Part shown: positions 27,954 through 35,433 of the stretch, one piece after another | Layout: every line of letters begins with the position of its first letter | Numbering within the stretch: position 1 is the first letter of the stretch | From: a virus | Lineage: Duplodnaviria > Caudoviricetes | Reading direction: 5' to 3' (one strand) | IMG/VR virus record: IMGVR_UViG_3300045107_000065 | Coordinates: 1 to 37,147 of that record | Length of the DNA stretch: 37,147 bases | Position numbers and translations under genes: made by a program | Notes under the pieces: model-generated | What the model was told of the DNA's origin: nothing | The model's database searches: none | What the model saw: the letters and a program-made list of their open reading frames with translations, nothing else

Positions 27954-28587
27954 ACGGGCTTTTGTTTGGGAATCGGTCAGATAGCCATTTTCTCATGGCG
28001 ACACTAAAGGCGTTCGCCCCCAGGCTCATGAATGAGCGGTTTTCGCAGTACTTATCTATCGACTCATATGGCATGAATCCGGGAATCTTACAGTCGTCCA
28101 TCTGAACGCCGCCTACTTTATTGTGATTGCAGTAAACAGACTTGAATACTAGTTCCTGGCTCCAATCATAGCAGGTCGGTATTTTATTGGACTCAATCCA
28201 CATCGGAACATGAATATCATAAAACATCCCGTCGGGGAATAATTTGTATGTCCTTTCACACATCTGTCCGTAATGATCGGGCGAGCATTTAGCGAACAGT
28301 GGCCGGGAATAGTAGTAATCAATCGGGTCGGTCCGCAGTATGAAATGATCATCATTGGCGAACAGGAAGAGGGGAACAACTTTTCCCGCCTCAACGACCT
28401 TTTCGTATATATCCACCTCTTTCAGCCTTGCCTTTTCTTTTGGAATATGATGCCCGGTAAACCAGTCGGGTTTGTGCCCAACGACCATAACAGATTGGAT
28501 AGGGAGAAAAGCGCAGAACGACCGTATCGAATATCTTAGTTCGATACAGTCGTCGAATGACTCTATAAGTGGGTAAACCAGGTTCAT
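27943..28587 (-). CDS. Stealth-like sugar-phosphate transferase
   Basis: ELRYSIRS...P.WF, FLFANDD.F and H.P motifs resemble Stealth conserved regions. Confidence 0.6.
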   Translation of the reverse strand: MNLVYPLIESFDDCIELRYSIRSFCAFLPIQSVMVVGHKPDWFTGHHIPKEKARLKEVDIYEKVVEAGKVVPLFLFANDDHFILRTDPIDYYYSRPLFAKCSPDHYGQMCERTYKLFPDGMFYDIHVPMWIESNKIPTCYDWSQELVFKSVYCNHNKVGGVQMDDCKIPGFMPYESIDKYCENRSFMSLGANAFSVAMRKWLSDRFPNKSPFES

Positions 28588-28925
28588 TTTACAACAGTTC
28601 CAATGATCTGCTTTACATCGATGCCGCCGGAAAGCTCCGTTTCAGTCCGATCCTTCCAGCCCATATTCTTCAACACAAATATTGACCCTGCCACGTTTTG
28701 ACCATGGAGGTTTTCCTCGTATTGGTTTTCAATTCTAAGCAGGGCCCTATTTATTATGTAAGAAAACCGATCATTTTTTTTGTAATCGTACATAGACTGG
28801 CGGGATTCGAATCCTAAAGCGATAGCAAGGCCGGTGACCGTCTTCTTTCCCTCTCCGGAAAAATAGATGTCAATATCGGCCTGCATTTTTGCGGGGTCGT
28901 CATATATAGCTGGTCGGCCATTCAT
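28584..28925 (-). CDS. terS: terminase small subunit
   Basis: GRP..Y, TVTGLA..LGF.SRQS.YDY and IF.LKN.GW.D motifs. Confidence 0.85.
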   Translation of the reverse strand: MNGRPAIYDDPAKMQADIDIYFSGEGKKTVTGLAIALGFESRQSMYDYKKNDRFSYIINRALLRIENQYEENLHGQNVAGSIFVLKNMGWKDRTETELSGGIDVKQIIGTVVK

Positions 28926-28929
28926 AGCC

Positions 28930-28937
28930 CAAAATTA
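28930..28937 (-). promoter_or_regulatory. possible -7 box for the terS/late operon
   Basis: TAATTTTG 4 nt before the terS ATG, which would imply a nearly leaderless transcript. Confidence 0.4.
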
Positions 28938-28960
28938 CTAAGTATTTTCGCATCAAAATA

Positions 28961-29179
28961 CTAAATTTTTAATCCGGTTTGAATGTATGCGCGAAGGCGC
29001 GTAGCAAGGAAAACATAGACACCGCCAGATGTTGATTTTTGACCTAACGCATGTGCGACCTGGGTTGTACTTACTTTATTGTTGGCCCAGGCGACGGCAA
29101 GCTCGATTTCCTCTTTTGGAAAGTCCGTATTTCTAGCCTTGGTTTTTACTGCTTTTGCTTTTTCGAGTAATGTTGCCAT
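28961..29179 (-). CDS. small protein, possible HTH
   Basis: Likely start MATLLEK; STTQVAHALG segment. Confidence 0.6.
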   Translation of the reverse strand: MATLLEKAKAVKTKARNTDFPKEEIELAVAWANNKVSTTQVAHALGQKSTSGGVYVFLATRLRAYIQTGLKI

Positions 29180-29298
29180 AGTATTTATAGATAAGTTCCT
29201 GTCCGGTGAGGGCGAAATACAAGTTTTGAAGCTGATGCAGGTATTCAATCTCATGAAATGCGTTTAGTCTTTGCTTCCATTTACCATTAAAAACATTA
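29133..29298 (-). pseudogene. 3' half of the gene split by element 1
   Basis: NVFNGKWKQRLNAFHEIEYLHQLQNLYFALTGQEL...; in frame with 30269..30536 once the element is removed. Confidence 0.85.
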
Positions 29299-29342
29299 GG
29301 TGATTATATACTTATTGATCCCAACTATGGGGTTTTTACGAT

Positions 29343-29558
29343 TTAAAACGGATCAATGCCATATTCCATGCACTTATCTATGATTTCATCCACTGTCATT
29401 TTCTCCGAAAGCTGATTTCTCAACTCGTTAGTATATTCTTCGCCAGCTTGCAGCCAAATGGGTGCATGGACTTTATACAAGGCATAATACCTAAGATATT
29501 TATCTCCCTCTTTATCTGGCTCCCGATCAGCTACGATGTCTTCACATCGTTTAAAATA
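29343..29558 (-). pseudogene. headless 71-codon ORF cut by the internal TIR
   Basis: YFKRCEDIVADREPD...EYGIDPF*; the in-frame upstream TAA lies inside the TIR. Confidence 0.65.
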
Positions 29559-29593
29559 TAGGTGACTATGTACTTATTGATCCTGTCAATATA

Positions 29594-29932
29594 TTACTCA
29601 TCATAAGGATCGTAGCCAAATTCTAACAAGTTTTCTATAAGGGGAGACAATATGATAAAAACTTTGTCGCCATTGCCTTCTGCTATCCTTATGTCGAACG
29701 CCTTACAAATTTCTTCTTTGGTATTACATATAATTCTCCCTTTTACCTCTTTAATATCACTTTCATTGCAGTTGTAGTTTAAATAAAGTGAATTACAGTG
29801 CCATATAGTTCTATCGTTAGCGTTCGCCCAATACTTATTATAAACAAATGGGTATTCTCGTTCTTTGTCAAATGGGAGCCATAATTTTTCACTCTCAATC
29901 CCGCCGAACAACTCTGTTTGCCTACTTTCCAT
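29594..29932 (-). CDS. hypothetical passenger protein
   Basis: ORF 29594..29989; start MESRQ preferred because it follows the upstream stop. Confidence 0.7.
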   Translation of the reverse strand: MESRQTELFGGIESEKLWLPFDKEREYPFVYNKYWANANDRTIWHCNSLYLNYNCNESDIKEVKGRIICNTKEEICKAFDIRIAEGNGDKVFIILSPLIENLLEFGYDPYDE

Positions 29933-29945
29933 TTTTATGTTTTTG

Positions 29946-30224
29946 TTATAAATAATACGGGTTATGAACTTGTGTATAAGCAATTCCACATTTTGAACAA
30001 GTGCATTCTCCCATTGTGCTGCCCTTCCCTTCGTGCCAATCGTTAACTTGTTGCTCAGTGGTTAGCCCGTCAAGTATTTTTCGGTATTCACTTTCTTTAA
30101 AAGTTTCTCCGTTCCAAAATGTAATTAATCCTTCCCCGTCCCATTGATGTTCACAGCCTGAATCATCTTGACAACCTGTTATAAAGGCCATTCCGCCACC
30201 GGGTAATTGTATGTACTTTTCCAT
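29946..30224 (-). CDS. passenger protein with a possible Zn site
   Basis: CEHQW ... CSKCG motifs. Confidence 0.7.
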   Translation of the reverse strand: MEKYIQLPGGGMAFITGCQDDSGCEHQWDGEGLITFWNGETFKESEYRKILDGLTTEQQVNDWHEGKGSTMGECTCSKCGIAYTQVHNPYYL

Positions 30225-30263
30225 AATCGTAAGTTTACGTTTTTAGGATCAATAAGTATATAG

Positions 30264-30536
30264 TCACCAAACATTATAACCTTTTTCCGTGTTTCCTTTT
30301 TGCAGGAAAATAACTCCACGACTATCAGCAAATCCTTGCCAAAAAATATCCCATTCTAGCCCGCATTTTTCTAATATCTCGGGCGAAAGAGGAATGGGAT
30401 ATATATTTTCACGTTCTCCTGATGGAGAAAAACAATCAAATTCTTCCACTGTAATTTGCCCTATTCTATCAAGATTTGTAGCACCAGAATCGAAGGAAAC
30501 CCAATTTCCGACTCTCAATTCGTTTATTCGTATCAT
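30264..30536 (-). pseudogene. 5' half of the split gene (NELRxGNWV family)
   Basis: NELRVGNWV...PIPLSPEILEKCG; its TGA stop is supplied by the TIR (TGG TGA). Confidence 0.85.
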
Positions 30537-30614
30537 GGTTCAATGTTTTTACTGTCAATGGATTTTGCGTCAATGGCCAGGCCAATTTCAATAAGGCCGA
30601 ATAGGTCTAAGTGT

Positions 30615-31376
30615 TCATGAGTTTGATTGTTGATCTTTTTCAATTAATTCAAGCCACTTTTTTGCTGTTTCAAATGCCATTAAACGGAGATTGCTTTTTA
30701 GCGAACCGTCATTGGGGAACTCGTTAGGATTGTTCCAGAAATCTGTTTCCCATTCCGACAATGTCCTATCATGGCAACCCATTTTAATTCTCCTTTCGTC
30801 TGCTTCGGTTATGTATGGGATCACGATATATTTGTATATCCCGGTAAAGACGACAGCCTGTTTAATTTTCACTCCCCGCAAGTTTGCTCCCTGCAAGTAT
30901 GCTCCCTGCAAGTATGCTCCCCGCAAGTATGCTTCCCGCAAGTTTGCTTCCCGCAAGTTTGCTCCCTGCAAGTCTGCTCCCCGCAAGTTTGCTCCCCGCA
31001 AGTTTGCTTCCCGCAAGTCTGCTCCCTGCAAGTCTGCTCCCCGCAAGTTTGCTTCCCGCAAGTCTGCTCCCTGCAAGTATGCTCCCTGCAAGTATGCTCC
31101 CTGCAAGTTTGCTCCCTGCAAGTCTGCTCCCTGCAAGTCTGCTCCCTGCAAGTATGCTCCCCGCAAGTTTGCTTCCCGCAAGTCTGCTCCCTGCAAGTTT
31201 GCTTCCCGCAAGTCTGCTCCCTGCAAGTCTGCTCCCCGCAAGTTTGCTTCCCGCAAGTATGCTCCCTGCTTAACGGCCTCCATTACCGCTTCCTTCATTG
31301 AATTATCTTCTTTTTCATATTCAAAAAGAATAGAATCCGTCCATCTGTTTTCGATTTTAATTTTTATATTAGTCAT
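30615..31376 (-). CDS. pentapeptide repeat protein
   Basis: About 26 A(D/N/Y)L(R/Q)(G/E) units encoded by 15-bp repeats at about 30877-31268. Confidence 0.92.
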   Translation of the reverse strand: MTNIKIKIENRWTDSILFEYEKEDNSMKEAVMEAVKQGAYLREANLRGADLQGADLREANLQGADLREANLRGAYLQGADLQGADLQGANLQGAYLQGAYLQGADLREANLRGADLQGADLREANLRGANLRGADLQGANLREANLREAYLRGAYLQGAYLQGANLRGVKIKQAVVFTGIYKYIVIPYITEADERRIKMGCHDRTLSEWETDFWNNPNEFPNDGSLKSNLRLMAFETAKKWLELIEKDQQSNS

Positions 31377-31380
31377 GGTA

Positions 31381-31785
31381 CTAATGTTTTGTTTCGTTTG
31401 GTATTACTACCTGGATCGCGTATCTCTTGATAGGCAACATATCAGCGTAGAATAGCTTTGAAGTGATGACCCCGCAAGTAATTGGCAGATAACTTTTATT
31501 AACTGCCACATTTCCGAAATAAACCATACCTGACGAGCGCACAACATACCCGGTTTTCCACTCAAAGGCGGTATCGTTTACGACTTCGAGAAAATAACAT
31601 CGAACTGTATCAACCGTCTTATGTTCGCATAAGTCAATAGAATCTAGCGGCATTATGCGTATCAGCGTGGTCTGTAAGGGCCCATTAATTATTTTAAATG
31701 GTTGAGTGCCTTTAGGTGTACTAATGGTTTGGGGTGCGCATCGAATCGATAATGCGATAAATAACAGTAGGGTTATTCTTTTCAT
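31381..31785 (-). CDS. secreted or lipoprotein-like hypothetical protein
   Basis: N-terminus [16 protein letters not shown]. Confidence 0.65.
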   Translation of the reverse strand: MKRITLLLFIALSIRCAPQTISTPKGTQPFKIINGPLQTTLIRIMPLDSIDLCEHKTVDTVRCYFLEVVNDTAFEWKTGYVVRSSGMVYFGNVAVNKSYLPITCGVITSKLFYADMLPIKRYAIQVVIPNETKH

Positions 31786-31909
31786 GCTTTTTCAGTTTTA
31801 TAGTTTATAACGTCAAGCCATCCGGATATTTGGTTGTCAATGCCCGATAGTCCTTAGCCGCTTTTTTACCACAGGAAGGACACTCCATACTACTATAATA
31901 GTGTTATAT

Positions 31910-32095
31910 TCATTGGTTATTGTTTTCCGATGTTTCACTTTCGGACAGCTTCTTTATCAAAGCATCGGCGCACTGAACCGATATTTCAGCGACCTTATCG
32001 GCGAAATCGTCATCCCAATTCTCCAGGCTGGATAGTATCCCCTGCATGGCTGCCACTGCTATCATGTCCCTGTTCACACTTACAATTTGATTCAT
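31910..32095 (-). CDS. small phage protein (RD..A..AMQG...ADAL family)
   Basis: RDMIAVAAMQGILS...ADALIKKL motif, common in phage accessory genes. Confidence 0.8.
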   Translation of the reverse strand: MNQIVSVNRDMIAVAAMQGILSSLENWDDDFADKVAEISVQCADALIKKLSESETSENNNQ

Positions 32096-32103
32096 ATTTA
32101 GAA

Positions 32104-32409
32104 GGCGACTATATACTTATTGACCCCAACTATGGGGTTTTTACTATTACGCCCATCTTTCAGCATCAATTGACGGGTTGTATTTTCTTTTAATCAATCC
32201 TTGATTTTTTAATGCTTCAAACGACTTAGCTTTAATTGATTCGCTATCGCCATTTTCAAAACAAACATCATACTGAACTTTATCCCCAGTTTGTGTCACC
32301 TGAATTTCTGCACCATCAAGCGTCCAACCGAGTAACTTATTCTGAAATTCGGTTAACTTAAACTTTTTCATTGTTTTACTCATTTGGGGTTAATAGGTAT
32401 ATAGTTACC
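32104..32409. mobile_element. non-autonomous TIR element 2 (306 bp), one passenger gene
   Basis: TIRs at 32104-32126 and 32387-32409 (19/23); TSD ATTTAGAA at 32096-32103 and 32410-32417. Confidence 0.9.
32147..32383 (-). CDS. passenger protein, possible winged-helix
   Basis: Fills element 2 almost end to end; KLT..Q..LL...SF.AL...GLI pattern. Confidence 0.7.
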   Translation of the reverse strand: MSKTMKKFKLTEFQNKLLGWTLDGAEIQVTQTGDKVQYDVCFENGDSESIKAKSFEALKNQGLIKRKYNPSIDAERWA

Positions 32410-32578
32410 ATTTAGAATTTACTTTGAAACAATTGAGGCAAATCCACCCACCGGCAGGAAAGCCTGTTACTATCTTAGCCACCCTAAGCTTGACGCAGGA
32501 TTGCTTGCAAGGCGCAGAGGCGCAAAAAGCCTGGCTCATCTCGCACCATTTCATACCGGCATCTTCGCTTATTGGCAT
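32405..32578 (-). CDS. small Cys-rich ORF (57 aa) ending in the TIR of element 2
   Basis: Manual translation MPISEDAGMKWCEM...WICLNCFKVNSKW*; the stop lies inside the TIR. Confidence 0.4.
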   Translation of the reverse strand: MPISEDAGMKWCEMSQAFCASAPCKQSCVKLRVAKIVTGFPAGGWICLNCFKVNSKW

Positions 32579-32722
32579 AATCCATGGCTTACAAAAACGA
32601 ATTGTTAAAAGAGCGGCCCATCTGACTTGTCGGGAAAACCCAGTTAATACGACCGGGCCGCCCCCTGCGGCAGATTAGAGTGGTTCGCAGCTACCCACTA
32701 TGTCACGAATCGATTTCAAACC

Positions 32723-33037
32723 CTACTCAATCGTTTGTTTTTTTACGATCTCTGAAAACGCGTGCAATCCGCTATCGTCGGCAAAAAGGGCTAATCCTCC
32801 GCACCTGTGGCAGTCCTGGAGCCTTTCCAGTTGTTCTGACGAGAAAACATCGCCCTCCGCCTTAACTTCGCACAGTACAACTTTCCCGTTCCGGTCATAC
32901 CCCTGAATATCGGGCCAGCCCTTTTCGACGTGGTTGCGCCGGTTCCGGTATGCGGACACGTTGTGAACCCTCCTTACCCGGCATCCCTTTGCCGTCAGTT
33001 CGGCAATGGCTTGTTTGGTTATCTGTTGAGCCGTCAT
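32723..33037 (-). CDS. VRR-NUC-type PD-(D/E)XK nuclease
   Basis: GWPDI...EVK....S.EQ motif. Confidence 0.85.
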   Translation of the reverse strand: MTAQQITKQAIAELTAKGCRVRRVHNVSAYRNRRNHVEKGWPDIQGYDRNGKVVLCEVKAEGDVFSSEQLERLQDCHRCGGLALFADDSGLHAFSEIVKKQTIE

Positions 33038-33300
33038 ATCGTTTCAAGTAAGTATTTTGCCCTGCAATAGCGGATTCGATCCTTCCTGCTTTCCCAAACA
33101 GCCGATTCGCGCCACAGCCTATTTTTGTGATCAAATGGTAAGGATTCGATTGGCGCCAGGCTTTTGTCATTCACGCAGATCCGGTAAGCCTCATTGCAAA
33201 CCGAAACGATGCAGGCGAACTTCTTGATGGCTCCCAGCGCAGCCGTCTTATCCTTAGCGTACATCCCTACCATGCTTAAAATCCCATCATTAAATTCCAT
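33034..33300 (-). CDS. hypothetical protein
   Basis: Coupled ORF in the replication operon. Confidence 0.65.
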   Translation of the reverse strand: MEFNDGILSMVGMYAKDKTAALGAIKKFACIVSVCNEAYRICVNDKSLAPIESLPFDHKNRLWRESAVWESRKDRIRYCRAKYLLETI

Positions 33301-33820
33301 AGATGAATTCCCTGTTTTGGTTTTCGGTAAAGTATTGATTAAGTGCTTTTTGCTTTGATTTCATTACTTCGGAATCAGTCTCCGACTTGCCAAATTTCTC
33401 CAAGTAGTTGAGCGGAATACGTGCGTCACAGATCAGCCTGTCATAGCAGTGCGGATGAAAGTAATCGCTTGAAACTCCACGCTTAAACGAATTAAAACAC
33501 TTGTTCACTTCCTTTCGCCAGTCCTCCGGCGTTAGTGGGTAATCCCTGTCGGTCATCCGGGTATTAACCGGGACTAGGCCGGTTTCCAGGTAGTTCTGAT
33601 TCTCCTGGCTTTGGGCAATGTACTTGTTTGCCCACGCAATGATTGTCTGCGGATCAGCCGAATAGAACTTTCCGAACTCGCCGGCTATTCCCTTTTCCAC
33701 CGCTTTAAAAAAATCGTCCTGGGTCATCCTGTTTCGGATGTTCTTAAGCACAAGCCTCTCGGTCTCCGGAGAAACTTCCTTGAATTGCCGTATCAGATCA
33801 AAAGCGGGTGATGTTACCAT
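33290..33820 (-). CDS. hypothetical protein, possible replication accessory
   Basis: Directly downstream of the initiator; positional call only. Confidence 0.6.
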   Translation of the reverse strand: MVTSPAFDLIRQFKEVSPETERLVLKNIRNRMTQDDFFKAVEKGIAGEFGKFYSADPQTIIAWANKYIAQSQENQNYLETGLVPVNTRMTDRDYPLTPEDWRKEVNKCFNSFKRGVSSDYFHPHCYDRLICDARIPLNYLEKFGKSETDSEVMKSKQKALNQYFTENQNREFIYGI

Positions 33821-34521
33821 GTTGCTGTTTTTGCCATTTCACGTAATTCGTCGATAGAATAAACCTTGGCCTGTGGCCTGACACGGTCTGGGTATTTCCG
33901 CTTCAAGTTCGAAAAGTGCCGTTTGTAGTCTTTCGGGTTTTTCTCGTACTCCCCTATCTGCTCCAGGATGCGATTGAACTGCGAAAGCTCCTCATGGCTG
34001 GCTTTATTCGCGTTCATCCATCGATCGTCCCTTGAAGCGATCTCGGCGCAATGCTCGATCGAGAAAGAAAGGTTTTCAGACTTTCCAAAGAAAGAATCTT
34101 TAGTTTCATTTACACTTTCATTTTCATTTTCTAAAAGGCTTTCTCTTGGGTTATGGTTTGGGTTATGGTTTGGGTTAAGGGTTGGGTTAAGGGTTGGGTT
34201 TTGTTTAATCTTTGGACGACCTCCCTTCATCCCGTTTACCCTTTGTCTTTCGCTAAATTCCTTGCGTTTTACGATTTCCTTTTCAAGCCTCTCATTGTAA
34301 TACCTGCCATCGCCGTCTACCAAGAACTTCTCCCGGAGGACTGTAACCCAAAGTCCCTGGTCTTGTCCGAGCAACGTCCTTATTTGAGTTTCGGTGAGAT
34401 GGCCACTATTAAACTGGGCTGCAAGTAAATCCATGTATGCTCCTTTAGCCTGGCGGCTCATCGTCATTGTGCCGCCATTCCAATCATTCCAATACCATAA
34501 CGTAGCCGGATCCTTCGCCAT
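33814..34521 (-). CDS. replication initiator-like protein (DUF1376/YdaU-like N-terminus)
   Basis: KDPA...Y..DW, KGAYMDLL, YNERL..E and NG.KGGRP motifs, then a low-complexity linker. Confidence 0.75.
   Translation of the reverse strand: MAKDPATLWYWNDWNGGTMTMSRQAKGAYMDLLAAQFNSGHLTETQIRTLLGQDQGLWVTVLREKFLVDGDGRYYNERLEKEIVKRKEFSERQRVNGMKGGRPKIKQNPTLNPTLNPNHNPNHNPRESLLENENESVNETKDSFFGKSENLSFSIEHCAEIASRDDRWMNANKASHEELSQFNRILEQIGEYEKNPKDYKRHFSNLKRKYPDRVRPQAKVYSIDELREMAKTATW
34146..34202. repeat. 12-bp iteron-like repeats, candidate origin
   Basis: TTGGGTTATGGT x2 and TTGGGTTAAGGG x2 plus a partial copy; adjacent TTTTCA-rich tract at 34101-34131. Confidence 0.65.
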
Positions 34522-34653
34522 AAAAACAGAGTCTTTCAGATTTTAAAAACTTGGGGAGACGGGAACGTCCCCCCGCTTTCTATTAACCATAGCAATCAAC
34601 GTTTTTGAAAGGGGCCGCCTCACTATCCATTCGCGACCCCTTGTACCAACCAA

Positions 34654-34797
34654 TCATGAACCTATCAACCAATCCTGCTTGAACACATTGAAATAGCCTT
34701 TCTTAACCTTTTCCTTCCGGGCTTTTATCTTCAACTCGGAAGTCTTTACTATCGGCCTTCTCTCTGGTTTGGGCCTTTTCCAGATTACTCTTTTCAT
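34654..34797 (-). CDS. small basic protein (47 aa)
   Basis: Manual translation MKRVIWKRPKPERR...; ATGA-coupled. Confidence 0.5.
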   Translation of the reverse strand: MKRVIWKRPKPERRPIVKTSELKIKARKEKVKKGYFNVFKQDWLIGS

Positions 34798-35051
34798 AAT
34801 TCAGCGTCGTTAAAAGGTAACTGGGGAAATTGCGAAATCTTTATCGGTCTCTCCTTTAATGGTATTTTTTCCCTTAAGCCCCTAACGTATCGAGAAAACC
34901 CTTCGATAGTTTTCTGATTAGTGATAATATGGTTGCAATTAGAACCGTGGCCTCTGCCAATCTTTTTATACCCCTCGGCGAATCCATCGTTGTTCATATA
35001 GACCATATACCCATTTGATTCGCCCAAAAATTCCATGTCATGATTTTCCAT
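34794..35051 (-). CDS. hypothetical protein
   Basis: Coupled ORF. Confidence 0.6.
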   Translation of the reverse strand: MENHDMEFLGESNGYMVYMNNDGFAEGYKKIGRGHGSNCNHIITNQKTIEGFSRYVRGLREKIPLKERPIKISQFPQLPFNDAEL

Positions 35052-35433
35052 ACATCTGCGCTTTATGATTACTGATTACCGTCCTCATCTGTTCAGCCTG
35101 ATGCGTGCAGCAACGGTTGACACGCTCGCTCCAGGTAAGCAGGTATTTGTAATCCTTACACATTGATTCAATGTACTTGTTAAGCGTGCTGACCGGAAGG
35201 TATGCAGTAATATTTAGAGCCTTTACGATCTCGCTATTCAGTAGCGTGTTATAATGAAATTCCGCATCAGCGTGAAGCTTGCCCGATCTCGCCATATACG
35301 CCTGAAGATCGTCGAGCCTGTTTATACATGCGGAGGGATTGTCGGATTGATACCTGGCATCCAGATATAGCTGAATCTCCGTCAATTCCTTTTCAATCTG
35401 ATCAACAGGGGTGATATTGGAGGCGATAAACAT
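35038..35433 (-). CDS. helical hypothetical protein in the recombination cluster
   Basis: Coupled ORF; coiled-coil-like. Confidence 0.7.
   Translation of the reverse strand: MFIASNITPVDQIEKELTEIQLYLDARYQSDNPSACINRLDDLQAYMARSGKLHADAEFHYNTLLNSEIVKALNITAYLPVSTLNKYIESMCKDYKYLLTWSERVNRCCTHQAEQMRTVISNHKAQMYGKS

Larger units (their letters stand above)
29299..30268. mobile_element. non-autonomous TIR element 1 (970 bp) with passenger genes
   Basis: TIRs at 29299-29321 and 30246-30268 (22/23 identical); TSD AAACATTA at 29291-29298 and 30269-30276; third TIR at 29561-29583; no transposase. Confidence 0.9.

Noticed and set aside
28961-29254. 97-aa version of this ORF starting at 29254
   Set aside because: The extension overlaps the conserved 3' half of the split gene in another frame; the start at 29179 is more plausible.
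30691-31455. Three plus-strand repeat ORFs (KFAPC, QVCSL, LLPAS)
   Set aside because: Antisense frames of the pentapeptide repeat gene.
31806-31889. 27-aa ORF MECPSCGKK...
   Set aside because: Too short, with a single CxxC; it may be a remnant but cannot be supported.
29299-32409. dif/pdif-like or attC tyrosine-recombinase sites, or an invertible shufflon
   Set aside because: The motif is weakly palindromic, but perfect 8-bp flanking duplications at both elements indicate DDE transposition; no recombinase is present.
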